The notes beneath the pieces are model-generated. The model had not been told where the DNA came from, ran no database searches, and saw nothing but the letters and a program-made list of their open reading frames with translations. A stretch of 63,863 nt of DNA, filler included. It is 6 parts of 6 records of this genome, joined end to end, with 100 filler letters (N's around TTAATTAATTAA, not from the genome) between each part and the next. Parts side by side here need not be neighbours in the genome. Positions count along the whole stretch, not along the records: positions 40,130 to 46,706 come from DRR378314_1552; positions 46,807 to 53,267 come from DRR378314_1556; positions 53,368 to 58,761 come from DRR378314_1561; positions 58,862 to 63,863 come from DRR378314_1715; 2 more parts are not named here. The stretch is one strand, 5' to 3'. Both the position numbers and the translations under genes were made by a program. How positions within the stretch are numbered: the first letter of the stretch is position 1; each line of letters starts with the position of its first letter. This document shows, piece after piece, positions 46,369-58,901 of this stretch.

Positions 46369-46706
46369 TGCGTGGTGCGCGTCAGTGTCCTTGCCCCCGT
46401 TCGCACTCCTTTCCGCCGCCGTGCAGCTGACCGGAACGATGCACTGGCGAACAGAAACATCATCAACAACAGTCGTAACTAATACATGCATGCTACAGAT
46501 TGCACAAGAGGGTCACTGGTGTTGTCATGAGCGCGTTGGGCGTGCCCAAGCGTCGCCAACTTGCCAATCGCCCTGCGGCATCTATGTGTGCAGGAGAGAA
46601 TGCTTCCGGGCAGAGGCGAGTCTGCCTGGGTGTGACGTTGGCGCGGTTAGCAGCGTGCGCGCTTCACGTACTTCTTCGAGTTTTACGATGCTGGATGGGT
46701 ATGGAG

Positions 46707-46806
46707 NNNNNNNNNNNNNNNNNNNNNNNNNNNNNNNNNNNNNNNNNNNNTTAATTAATTAANNNNNNNNNNNNNNNNNNNNNNNNNNNNNNNNNNNNNN
46801 NNNNNN
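46707..46806. other. Artificial contig spacer
   Basis: N-run + TTAATTAATTAA + N-run. Confidence 0.99.
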
Positions 46807-46808
46807 GT

Positions 46809-48292
<1,484 letters not shown>

Positions 48293-48772
48293 GCAGCCCT
48301 CTCTCGCTTGTCGCAGCAGGGCGAGTCGCCGCGGGAGCCCCGTTCCTGCCGCTGCTCCACCTGCCGCGCAACCACGAGAGAGGGCTCGCAGTGCCGCGCG
48401 CGACGTGATGTTCAGGGTATCAACGCAGCGGCGGGGAGATGTGCGATTTTCGCTTGCCCCTCCTCCCTCACGCCACTGCAGTGCGAGGCCCGTATTGCTC
48501 ACCGGTGAGTTGCATCTGTGAGCGGTGCGGCAGCGTTCTCGTCGCCGCGAGTCCCGGGCCGTCGACGCGCCCGGTGCTCGATACGCGGCGGCGTCGGCGC
48601 TTTCGCGCGATGCCCCACACGCTGCGCGGCTCTGCGTCCCGCGCAATCTAGCGATCACAGGATCGTGCTCCGGGAGAAGCACACCCCTCACTCGTCGCCA
48701 TTCTGTGACGGAAGTGAAAGAGAGGGGAGTGTAGACTGCTCGAATCCAGTCGTTCCTCTGTTTGCTCTGATC

Positions 48773-48838
48773 CTGCGTCTGTTGATGGTGTTCATCGCAA
48801 GTGCAAACCGCACGGTGATCGCCGGAGGAAGCCGGTAG
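48773..48838 (+). promoter_or_regulatory. Candidate form-2 SECIS element in the TrxR 3' UTR
   Basis: UGAU core, helix GGUGUUCAUCG/CGGUGAUCGCC, unpaired AA, ministem UGC-AAACC-GCA and 3' GGAG core. Confidence 0.7.
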
Positions 48839-49214
48839 ATTTCGCGTATGCACACGCTGTGCTCCTTGAACCAATGCGAGTGCGACGAAAGTCACAATTT
48901 CGTATGGAATTTTTCCGTCGGTATCCCCGCGTGCCGCCTGAAGGATGCGCAACGCGGCTTGCGCGTGCGTCCTGCAGCTTTGCGCGCAGTGGGGCCCGTC
49001 TGGTGCTTCAGCGTGAATACAAAGTACTGTCCTCGGCGCGGTTGCCGCAGCCGCGCGTCCTGTTGCTGCACCCACAGCACGTCGAGCGCTATCCCACGGA
49101 CCTGTTCCAGGGACTGGCGCGCCGCACCGTTCTAGCGAAAGGGAGTATTTTCGGGCATGTATTTGCATCACTGCCGTGGTTTTCGGCGGCCTCGCCGCCA
49201 GCACAGCGCGGTGC

Positions 49215-51810
49215 TCAAGCGGCGTTCGAGTGGCGCTCGCAGAAGCTGCGAATGCGGTCGAGCGCAATTTCCAGCTGAGGAAGCGGCGGGCAGAAGACAA
49301 TGCGGAAGAAGCTAGCCATGCCAAAGCACTGACCCGGAAGAACGAAAACAGATTCCTCCGAGAATAACTTTTCGGAAAAGTCACGATCATCGCGTATGTC
49401 GTGGAGGATCGACACATCGACGTAGGTCATGATGTACATTGCTCCTTGCGGGCGGATCGGCTTCAGGCCGCGGATCCGCCCGAGCCGCTCATAGCAAAAC
49501 TCTGCATTCTCACGCAGTGTGGCCATAGTTTTGTCGTAGTACTCTTGCGGTGTGTCCGCCAGTACACGGGGGAGGGCGGCCTGTGCGATCGAGTTGGCGC
49601 CCAGAACGAGGGTGGAGAGCGCAAGAAGCGCGCCGCGGATTCCCTCGAGCTTCCCGTCGCGGTCGTGGACAAGGACCCAGCCAACTCGCCAGCCGGGAAC
49701 CATGAAGCGCTTAGCGAGTCCACCGACGGCAAGGACGGGGACATTCTTCGACAAAGAGGCAATCGGCACAAAATCTACTCCACCGAACGTCTGTATCCAT
49801 ATACACGCACGAGCCATACGCGCATGCGCAAGGAAAGAGCACGAGTGAAACAGAGCACCAGCGCGTTGGCCCGATGTGAGACAATGCGCTGCGAGTGTAC
49901 GCACTCGCTCGACTCTTGCATCTCGCGCGCGACAATGCCTACCGACGAAAGAACACGTGCTTTATAGAGAATCAATACATTACATAAAAGTACACATGCA
50001 TAATAAAATAATGCAAACGTGAATGGAAAATGTGAGAGGAGAAGGAGAAATCTTGCCGCAGGGAATGCAACACTCTCCGAGCGCCGCCAGGATCGACGCG
50101 CGCTGGTAACACCCCAGGGAGGGGTTTGCAAGCACCGAGGATCGCAGTGCACCGGCGGTGTATCTCAGCAGAGAAACCACACTGCCAGTCTTCTGAGCGC
50201 ACTTCCACACGTCAAGTACTTGCGCAAGCAGTTGACTTGCAACGGGCGAAACTAGGCTCGCAGAGCTTCGGGAAGCGAGTAGGCAGCGCACGAACCATTT
50301 CCGCATAGATCTCGTCGCTAATGATCGGGAGTTGGTGACGCTCGCACAGCGCAATAATGGCCTTGAGGTGGTCAGAAGTGTACACAGATCCGCATGGATT
50401 CGATGGGTTGTTGATCAGCACAGCGCGCGTTCGATCATCGATCAGCGACTCCATGTGCGACAAGTCCGCTTCCCAGTCACGATCCGCCTGTCCATGCCGC
50501 CGCAATGTACGAAACGCGGGAAACGCAGACAATGTTCCTCAGTCACACTGCGGGCTATACGCCGTCGCATTTCCAAATACGGGACAGTGATCACTTCTTA
50601 AACAGATAACCACACAGTATGTTTCACTACAACTTGATCTGCACTGAGAGATGTGATGGCGCTCTCGCAAAGTTCGTCGCAGGGCAGTGCCAAAGGCAAA
50701 GCGCTGGTGGCGACTGTACGTCTTCGCTGAACGCCAACGTGCAGTGCTCTCCAGCAACCTCAAAGAACGAGAGTGGGAAGGAAATACGACGAAAGTTCCA
50801 ACGTACCAAAAGGGTGTACGGGCGAGGAACAATACCATGGCTATCGCAGATTGTCTTGTAGAGCGAGAAGCCAGGGTTGGGAATGAGAATATTGTCGCCT
50901 TCGTTGGCCAAGGCAGGAATGGCGAGCTCGAGTGCGCCGGAGCAGCCGGAGGCGATGATCACGTCTTCAGCGGTAAGCACAGCATTCTCGCGGCTACAGT
51001 ACTTTGCGACAGCATCACGGCTCTGTATCACCACATTACATCGTCCAGATGATCATACACGTCGTGCACATCGCATAGTATGAGAATGAAGAGGGAATCG
51101 ATGTACAATCTCTGCAGCGTCTGGTAGGCGGAAGAGACGCCCTCTCACCGCAGTTCGGAGCACGTGATCCGAACTCTGCGCGCCAGCTACTGCACGTAGC
51201 GCCTCGCGCGTGCGGACGACGGAGGTGAATCCCGACTCTCGCGTTGTCTATTTCATGTTGTATCATCACACTGTGCAACGGCCGAGAGACTCTGAATCTT
51301 GCCCAAACACGCATGCACAGGCGTGTGCGCGAGAGTGCACGCCGCTCCGAGCGAGCGCGGAGCGCGCGGATACACCTGCTAGTCCTCGCAGAGCTCCCCT
51401 AGCGCCTCCGGTTGCATACCTCGGCGTACCCACACGAATGAGGGTACCCGTTGAACCGTCCCGATCTAAGAGCGTCCGTGACAGCTTCTTCCATAACGGG
51501 GCTTGGTGGCAGGTTGCCAAATACGGTTGGATCGCCTGGTTGAAAAAAAAAAAGGTAAAGTTCACCAAAGCGACAAGGAGCGCAGGAACGGGGGGCGCCC
51601 GGACTGTGAGCAAGAAAGAGAGCGGCGGGCGCGCACCGGTGCAACGCAAAACGCCGCAGCGCAATACGCACCAATGGAGAGCTTGATAACCTCCTTGTCA
51701 GGATTTGGTGCAATCTTCATCTGATCGACAATTGCACGAATCGGGTTGGATGTCCTGTTAGCCGCGAGGGACGGCTCGATGCTCCATTTCGGCGCCGAGC
51801 TGCTGGCCAT
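49215..51810 (-). CDS. TAT: Tyrosine aminotransferase, spliced (5 exons)
   Basis: Exons at about 51810-51672, 51535-51419, 51022-50807, 50488-50297 and 49790-49215. Motifs [39 protein letters not shown] and [15 protein letters not shown]. Confidence 0.93.
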
Positions 51811-53267
51811 CTTTTTCTGCACGAGTCGCCCTGTGCGCACGTGCACGCAGTGGGCCCGATGCAGGCAGCAGCGAGCGCGTGGGCGCTGCCCGTTAGTGGG
51901 AAGAAAGAGCCGTGCGCGCCGTGGCAAATGCGTTGTACAGCTCACTGGCGCACCCCTGAGACGAAGATGTTCTGTCGAGAACGGGCACGTAATGGGGCTC
52001 GCGGGGACGCCGCACGCGGCGCTCGACACAAAAACGAACTCTCTGTTCCAGCAGCGACCGCAGCGACGAGAGCGAAGCACGTGCCACGAACGCGAAATGC
52101 GTACAGAACCACGCCACAAATAGCCAGCCAGCAAACAAACACCGCCAGCCACTCGGCCTCACGGTGCACAAGTGTAACTACTACGTTGCAAACATGGTAC
52201 CAAAATCCATAACTAGACGTTACGATGGCAGCACAAAGGACTCATGCAGGGCAGTATCGGCGACGTCCGGACAAGCACACACGCTGCAGCTGCGCGCTCC
52301 ACGTGTGAGCGTCGCTCGAACCCATCGCTGGAGTCGAGTGGGAGGTCGGACAGCACAAGCCTTCCAGCATAGGAGTGCAGCCTTGCCCAGAATAGTACGG
52401 AAAACCAAAGTCATGGCATGTGCATACACATATATCGTGGAGGAAGACAGACGAGCGTACCCAAAAAACTGGCGAGGCGGAGAGACCGGAAGAGCAACGC
52501 GCGGTTCCACAAAACAGGAATGCTGGTCACAGATCCGCTACGCAGAGCGCACTGCAAAGACGCACGAGCAATCGACACTGACACACGAGGAGGGCATTTG
52601 TCAGACGTCTATCATTTTCAATATACTTGAATTTCTTACCGATAGGGTTAAAGGAAGAAAGCAGAGGAACCCCTAGACTTTGCGAAGCGAAACGCAGCGT
52701 TGCTTTGGGGTCTAGGCCTATTGCTGCTCTCTATCCTCGGCGTGGCGTAGCAGGTCGGAGCATTCTTCGTGTGCGCATTGTCAATGCACGGCCGATTGGC
52801 AATCAAGATCATCCACGCAAGCGCAACAAAAAAAAAACAACGGTTGTATGCCAAAAAATAGAATCCAAGTTCATCATTCTGTCTCCTTTTCGGCTTTCCT
52901 GGTCCTCTTTTGTAAGCAATTCGCGCAAGTCTCTAGTGCTCAAGCGTAATTTTTCTTGCGACGGCCCGGTAACGTTGGGAGTGGAGCGACAACTGTTCCG
53001 TAGCTCGGCGTGTCGCACTACCTCTTGACGGGAGACAGTGAGACATCATCGCGCAGCGAAACGACCGAGATACAAATCATACCGTATTTCTGGTAGGGAA
53101 ATCACAAAAACATGCCTGGTGGAAGTGATACATCTTCTCTTCCACAAGCAACTGATGACGACCGTGACGGCCGAGCGGATCGGGCACCTCCGCGCCAAGG
53201 TGCGTGGATGCTCCGCACGGCGCGTTAATGGCCCCGGCCTTTTCCCTCTCACGATGGACGCCATCTA

Positions 53268-53367
53268 NNNNNNNNNNNNNNNNNNNNNNNNNNNNNNNNN
53301 NNNNNNNNNNNTTAATTAATTAANNNNNNNNNNNNNNNNNNNNNNNNNNNNNNNNNNNNNNNNNNNN
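53268..53367. other. Artificial contig spacer
   Basis: N-run + TTAATTAATTAA + N-run. Confidence 0.99.
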
Positions 53368-53795
53368 AACGCATCCGCTTGCGGGAAGCACAAAGTCTCG
53401 TACCATGTTCCGTCTGTCACGACACAGACGATTACGTAGCGGGTATTAGTAGCACCGCGTCATCAGTAATACTATCAGGAGAAGACAAATGGGTCATCAT
53501 AGAACGCGCGGGGTACAGGAAAGACAGTATCGGGAGCACTGTGTACGGCTGCTGCCCAAGTACCGCGCACAATTCCTCCGCGGCGGCGATCAGCTTGCAT
53601 GTGCAGAGACCGAGTACTCCGTACATCACCCATCGATCCACCACCAACTATACGACGGACGTATTCATTTACGACAATGTAACACTACGGTAGCGCTGCG
53701 GCGCATGAAGAACAGGTGTATGAGTCTTGATGAGTAGAAAAAAAAGTGTCGGAAGGGACGCTGGGGTGCAGCGCGATGCGCGCGGCTCGTCGTAC

Positions 53796-56700
53796 CGTTC
53801 GCGCGTACACGTCCGTGCGCCCCCGGTCCAACACCAACATACGCGCCGCCAGACCAAACGTGGAGATTATGACGCGATTCGTGACCAGGCGTAGCGAAGT
53901 TGGATACTTCATAATGCGATAATCCCGCAGCGGTCAGTGCTTCGATTGTGTCGAGATACATCCCGGCGAGATCGTTTTCTGTGGCGAGGAAGAAGACAAC
54001 AACACTGAGTACTTTGTGACAATCTCGTTGATCACCATTCTTATAGTTGCACTGCATTTTTCGCGGAACAAGTGCGGGGTTGGCAAGAGAGACGCGCAAG
54101 AGAGCTATCACAGTGCAGTTACGCCAGGGAAAGGGACAAGGGAGCAAGTCATCGGTTCCTCGCTCGTTCAAGCTCTGGATTCATCACTGTTTCCCTCGGC
54201 CGTTCCAAAGCGAATAAAAGACGGCTTTCTGGCGCGGCATACCTGGGGATATAGGCAGCGTATTTCGCTTCGCTTGGCGCCAAAGTGGTGTTCCGGGCTT
54301 GACGGTGAGCTGGTACAGCGACACGTGCCCAGCAGCGAACGCCAGGGCGGAAGCTTGCTCGAGCTCCGCTTTCCTACAGATGCAGCACATGCCCACGTGG
54401 CCATTTTGATGCGCAAAAAGGGTAATATGAATAATGCAAGATTGGATAGACAGTGATGGTCAAGCACGATGGGAGCAAGGCCGTGTGCTAAAGGAAGACA
54501 ATTTCTCGGTAAGCATTGCGGCAATGCGCATTGGGACACTTTCCGATCATAAGCTGAAATGATGTTACAGAAATAGAGAGGTACTTTCTAATACAGCCTT
54601 CTTGTGAATACGTTCTTTCGGAAGTGGGCCATGAAAAAGACGTGTCTGCATTTCGAAGAGGAGCAGATAGAAGCTGTGCGCTGCCAGCAGTGAGCCGTGT
54701 GTGCAAGGCCACCATCACACACCCGGAATTCCTGCCGTTCAGCGCGCGCAACGCACCATTCCGCTCGCGTCTGCGAAGGAAGTCCAAACATTAAGTCAAA
54801 GGATACTCGCGGAAAGGTATTTAGAGCGGTGCGGATCGCTCGCTCCGCGTCTGTAGCTGAGTGTTCCCGTCCGAGCTGCTTTAGATGTCGTGACACGAAC
54901 GACTGGGCTCCAATGCTCACCCGACTGACACCAAACGCTCGCCACTGCCGCGCGAAAGGCAGTGATAGAGCACGCAGGATGATGATGAGTAGCTTGAACG
55001 TACAAGAGTGCACGTTGCTGTGTACTGACGAGGTGCTCATGCGTGGAGATAACGGGAGTAATACGCCGTTAAGTCAACGGACGGGACATCTGCCCTCCTA
55101 TCCAGGAACACTACCAATGCTCTCACTCCCGTATTCAAAACAGCTCTACTTTGGGTGACAATATGATGTCAGCGACAAAAGAACACCGAATCCTGCAATG
55201 TGCGATCCTATATTTTGATGAATAGGAGATTTTGGCCATGACACTGTCCCGGAAATCACGCGTGTTGGGCATATGAGAAGCAATGCAGCGTACTGGACTC
55301 ACCTCCCGCATTCGCTCCGTTTCAGCGGAGGAGGGATTGCATTCGAGAGTTACTTCGCAATCGCTGTATTGCCATTGGCATCAGCGTACGTACAAAGTGA
55401 ATCAAAACCAGACACACAAGTACACATTCATTGATCAGGAAAGCATGTACGCACGGAAAGAGAGACAGAGAGCGTTATTCCATAGTTTCGCGTTCACCTA
55501 TTTCGTTATCGCGAATGCCCCATTGATTTCACGCTCTTCCCCACCAGGTTCTTCTTATTTTCCTCTACCAAACTCGCAATGGGGCACACAGGGCAAAATC
55601 GATTCACCCGGCGGAAAAGTGCAAAGCACACTGCAATGGTTCAGGCGCTTGCTTATACTTGGAGGGTGTTTCATCTCCTTAGTCTCCGTTCTGGTATGTG
55701 TGTCGCGCGCTCTGCTTCTGGTTCGCTTACCGGCTGATCGGCCACATCGCCGCCACGTGGTCGAGCACGCGCGCGAGGAACGACGGCGCAGCAAGCGATG
55801 GCGTTCCTCCGCCGAAGTACACCGAAGTAACCGGGACCTTCCCGGTAACATCGGCAGCGCGCGAGAGAGCGCGATGGTACACACGCAGCCATTCTTCTGC
55901 TCGATCGTGACTCACGGGAGCCCTTGGGTGCGACGCGCTGTACTTGGTGAAGTTGCAGTACGCGCAGAGCTTCGAGCAGAACGGGTAGTGAATGTAGACG
56001 CCGAGCTCTTCCGTGCTCGTCACGGAGCTTGCTGACGCTCCCAGAGCACGCTTTCTGGCCGGCGTATTTCGAAGAGACGGAGTAGTAGCTGTGTGGATCG
56101 GGGCACGCTGGACACGCGCGAGCGTCCTCTCCAGCGCCTGCCGATATCGAAGCGGGTGCGCGCGCAGATGGCCGACGTGTGGCGAGTGCGGCAGGGCGAG
56201 TCGCTCCGCTTTGAACCCGACCGCCGCGTCTTGCTCATCGACAAAGTGCTCGACCATGTGATCTGGAATGAGCTCATCATCCGGGCCGTAGATAAATAGG
56301 CGTGTTTGTGGCGCGTGCGATCGGAGGGAGGCGTGAGCGGTGTTGATCAGAGCGCGTCGTTCACGATCGCGGAGCACGCGCGCGAAGAACCGCTCCAGCG
56401 GCGGAGTCCACACCGGGTGCTCGTACAGCGCGTCTGCCCCGACGACCGGCTCGATACCAAGGCTTTTCTCCACACGCATACGCAGCCCGATTGCAGCGCC
56501 GGACATGGCAGACAAGTACCCTCGTGCGCATATTTCAGCGGTGATGAGCGAAGGCGCGGAATCGATCACCGCAGCTGACGTGGCCTGGTACGCAGAATTC
56601 CAGAGACCGTCTGCACCAGGGAGTAACGCGCACAAAGAAGCCACACAGGGAACGAGAAGATTGTGAGGGCAACACCTACTGCGCCAGTTTCCTTTGCACC

Positions 56701-57483
56701 CCTACTTTTGCACATTGCACGTATGTGCTATCCTTGAAAGAAGAAAGATGTCGGTTGCGTGATTGACAAGACGCAGTGGCAAGACAAAGGTGCTCGGGAG
56801 CTGCGCTGCTCTATGCGCGGAGCGCTGGCAGGTACGCAGCGAAGGCGAGCAAACGCGTGCCGCAGAGGAAGTACGCAACAACGGGACATTGTTTCCAGTC
56901 GTAGAGCAATCACAAACCAATACATACGACTGGCATACGCGTACCACGGTTCCTCTGTGAGAGCAAGTGGCCGAAGAAGTAGGCGCCGTTGTTGCTCATT
57001 GCGTGCACAACGAGGGGACGCTGGTTGACTCCGGCAGCCGACAACGCGTCGCTCAGCGCCTCCACGTGTCCATCAAGCGTGCGAGGACGGAAAAGAAAAG
57101 ACATGGGCGGTGTAAAGGCTACCACATCTGCTCCCAGCGAGTGGTACACTTCGATGTACTTGCACACATGCCGAGGCTGCGCACCCAGCCATCCCAAAAG
57201 GCAAACAAGCTCACCTGCAGCCGGGCGGCCGTCGAGAACAGCGAGCGCACATGGAGCACCGTGAGAGTCGCGGAAGAAGAAAACGGAGTAGCGCACACGC
57301 CGAAGGCAGCACAAAGGCATCACCGCTTCCAACGCAACGACAACAAGGAAATATGCACCGACTAGCGGTGCCCAAACCCCACGGAAAGCGTGCCATTACG
57401 AACGATACCCCCTTGATCCAAAGGCAGGACATACCTCTGGAGCGCGTGGTGGCGCGGAACAGGCGCGGCGTTGCAAGTGACAT
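53796..57483 (-). CDS. Fusion: DUF829/TMEM53-like alpha/beta hydrolase + HemW/RSAD1 radical SAM protein, spliced, 3' partial
   Basis: Exons at about 57483-57435, 57214-56945, 56610-55731, 55363-55303, 54944-54757, 54373-54243 and 53978-53796. DUF829 motifs: LLGWLGA, HAMSNNG, IDSAP, DELIP, SPHVGH. HemW motifs: YIHYPFCSKLCAYCNF, GGGTPS, TLECNP, RVSIGAQSF, DLMFGLP, SLYQLT, YEVSNF. Confidence 0.85.
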
Positions 57484-58025
57484 CCGAGAAGGCCCGCCCG
57501 CAGGTCCCGAACGCAGGGCGAAGTATCGGAACACAATGCACACAGATGCAGCGTCACAATTACGAAGAAGCCATGCGGCGAAGATAACAGCAACAACGAG
57601 ATGGACCAAGCGTGGCCGAGGAGCGCAGGGACCTGGCGACGGCGCGCAAGCGACCCCTTCGCCGCGCTCGCTCGGCGCCTGTGCAGCGCTTGCTGCTGCG
57701 GCGGCGAGAAATCGAGGATTCTCGAGCAGTCGTATTTCGAAGGTACGCGAAGCTCCGGGACGACCGAAGCGACGACGCCGTCGCTGGTGGCTGCGCGCTG
57801 CGCCTCGGCACGAGCTCCTTTTCTGCTGGCGGCGCCGCACACTTGCAGGCCGATAAGCGTTATCCGGGTTTCCGGTTCTCTTCGTCACATCTACGCGTTT
57901 TTATCAGACCTACTCTTGCTTCGCGAGAGTGGCTTTGTACAACGGTGCTGTTTCGTTCGCTTCCAACCCGTGCGCGCGTGCTCACGTCCTCGCTCACCGC
58001 TGCTGCTCGCGTGCTCGCTGCTCCC

Positions 58026-58697
58026 ATGACGACCCGCCACGTCCAACCCCTCGACCCCGTCCCGCGGGACATTGATATCGCCCAAGCAGCGACACCGGTG
58101 CCCATTGCCGAGATCGCAAAGGCGGCCGGTATCCTGGATGAAGAACTGGAGTTGTACGGAAAGTACAAGGCCAAAGTGACGCTTGACGTGCGGAAACGGC
58201 TCGCCGATGTCCAGGACGCGCACTACGTTGTGGTCGCAGGGATCACGCCTACGCCGCTGGGCGAGGGCAAGTCCACGACGACAATCGGCCTTGCGCAGGC
58301 GCTCGGCGCGCATCTCAACCAAAAATGTTTTGCATGCATTCGCCAGCCCTCCCAAGGACCTACTTTTGGAATCAAGGGCGGCGCGGCTGGCGGTGGATAC
58401 AGCCAGTGCATTCCGATGGAAGAGTTCAACTTGCACCTCACCGGTACGCGCACGTGCTCCGTCTGCTGTGCTCGCGTGAGCGTGTCCAGTGCTGGCTTGG
58501 TCTACTCACAATTCGCTGCAGCTAACCGCTTTACTTTTGTGGTTTGATTAATATGTGTTTCTAGGAGATATCCATGCGGTAACAGCCGCGAACAATCTTC
58601 TGGCGGCCGCAATCGATACGCGCATGTTCCACGAGTCGACGCAGAGCGACGAGGCGCTGTTCAACCGCATCTGCCCAGCGGCGCAGGACGGCTCGCG
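58026..58697 (+). CDS. Formate-tetrahydrofolate ligase (stand-alone FTHFS), spliced, 3' partial
   Basis: Exons 58026-58443 and 58565-58697; [35 protein letters not shown] and [17 protein letters not shown]. Confidence 0.95.
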
Positions 58698-58761
58698 GTG
58701 CGCTCTCATCCGCTCTCCAACCGCCACGCGCTCCACGAGCGCCCGTTTCCTTGCACCGCAC

Positions 58762-58861
58762 NNNNNNNNNNNNNNNNNNNNNNNNNNNNNNNNNNNNNNN
58801 NNNNNTTAATTAATTAANNNNNNNNNNNNNNNNNNNNNNNNNNNNNNNNNNNNNNNNNNNN
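58762..58861. other. Artificial contig spacer
   Basis: N-run + TTAATTAATTAA + N-run. Confidence 0.99.
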
Positions 58862-58901
58862 AAACTGCACGCCAACCATAAGCCCGCGCGGGCGGCGAAG
58901 C

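Noticed and set aside
48405-48771. Other SECIS-like GUGA...GA patterns near 48405 and 48705
   Set aside because: The first has no helix II pairing. The second forms an over-long stem without a correctly placed AA loop.
57612-58025. N-terminal extension of the FTHFS ORF
   Set aside because: It shows no similarity to dehydrogenase/cyclohydrolase domains and lies in the divergent promoter region. ATG 58026 fits stand-alone FTHFS.
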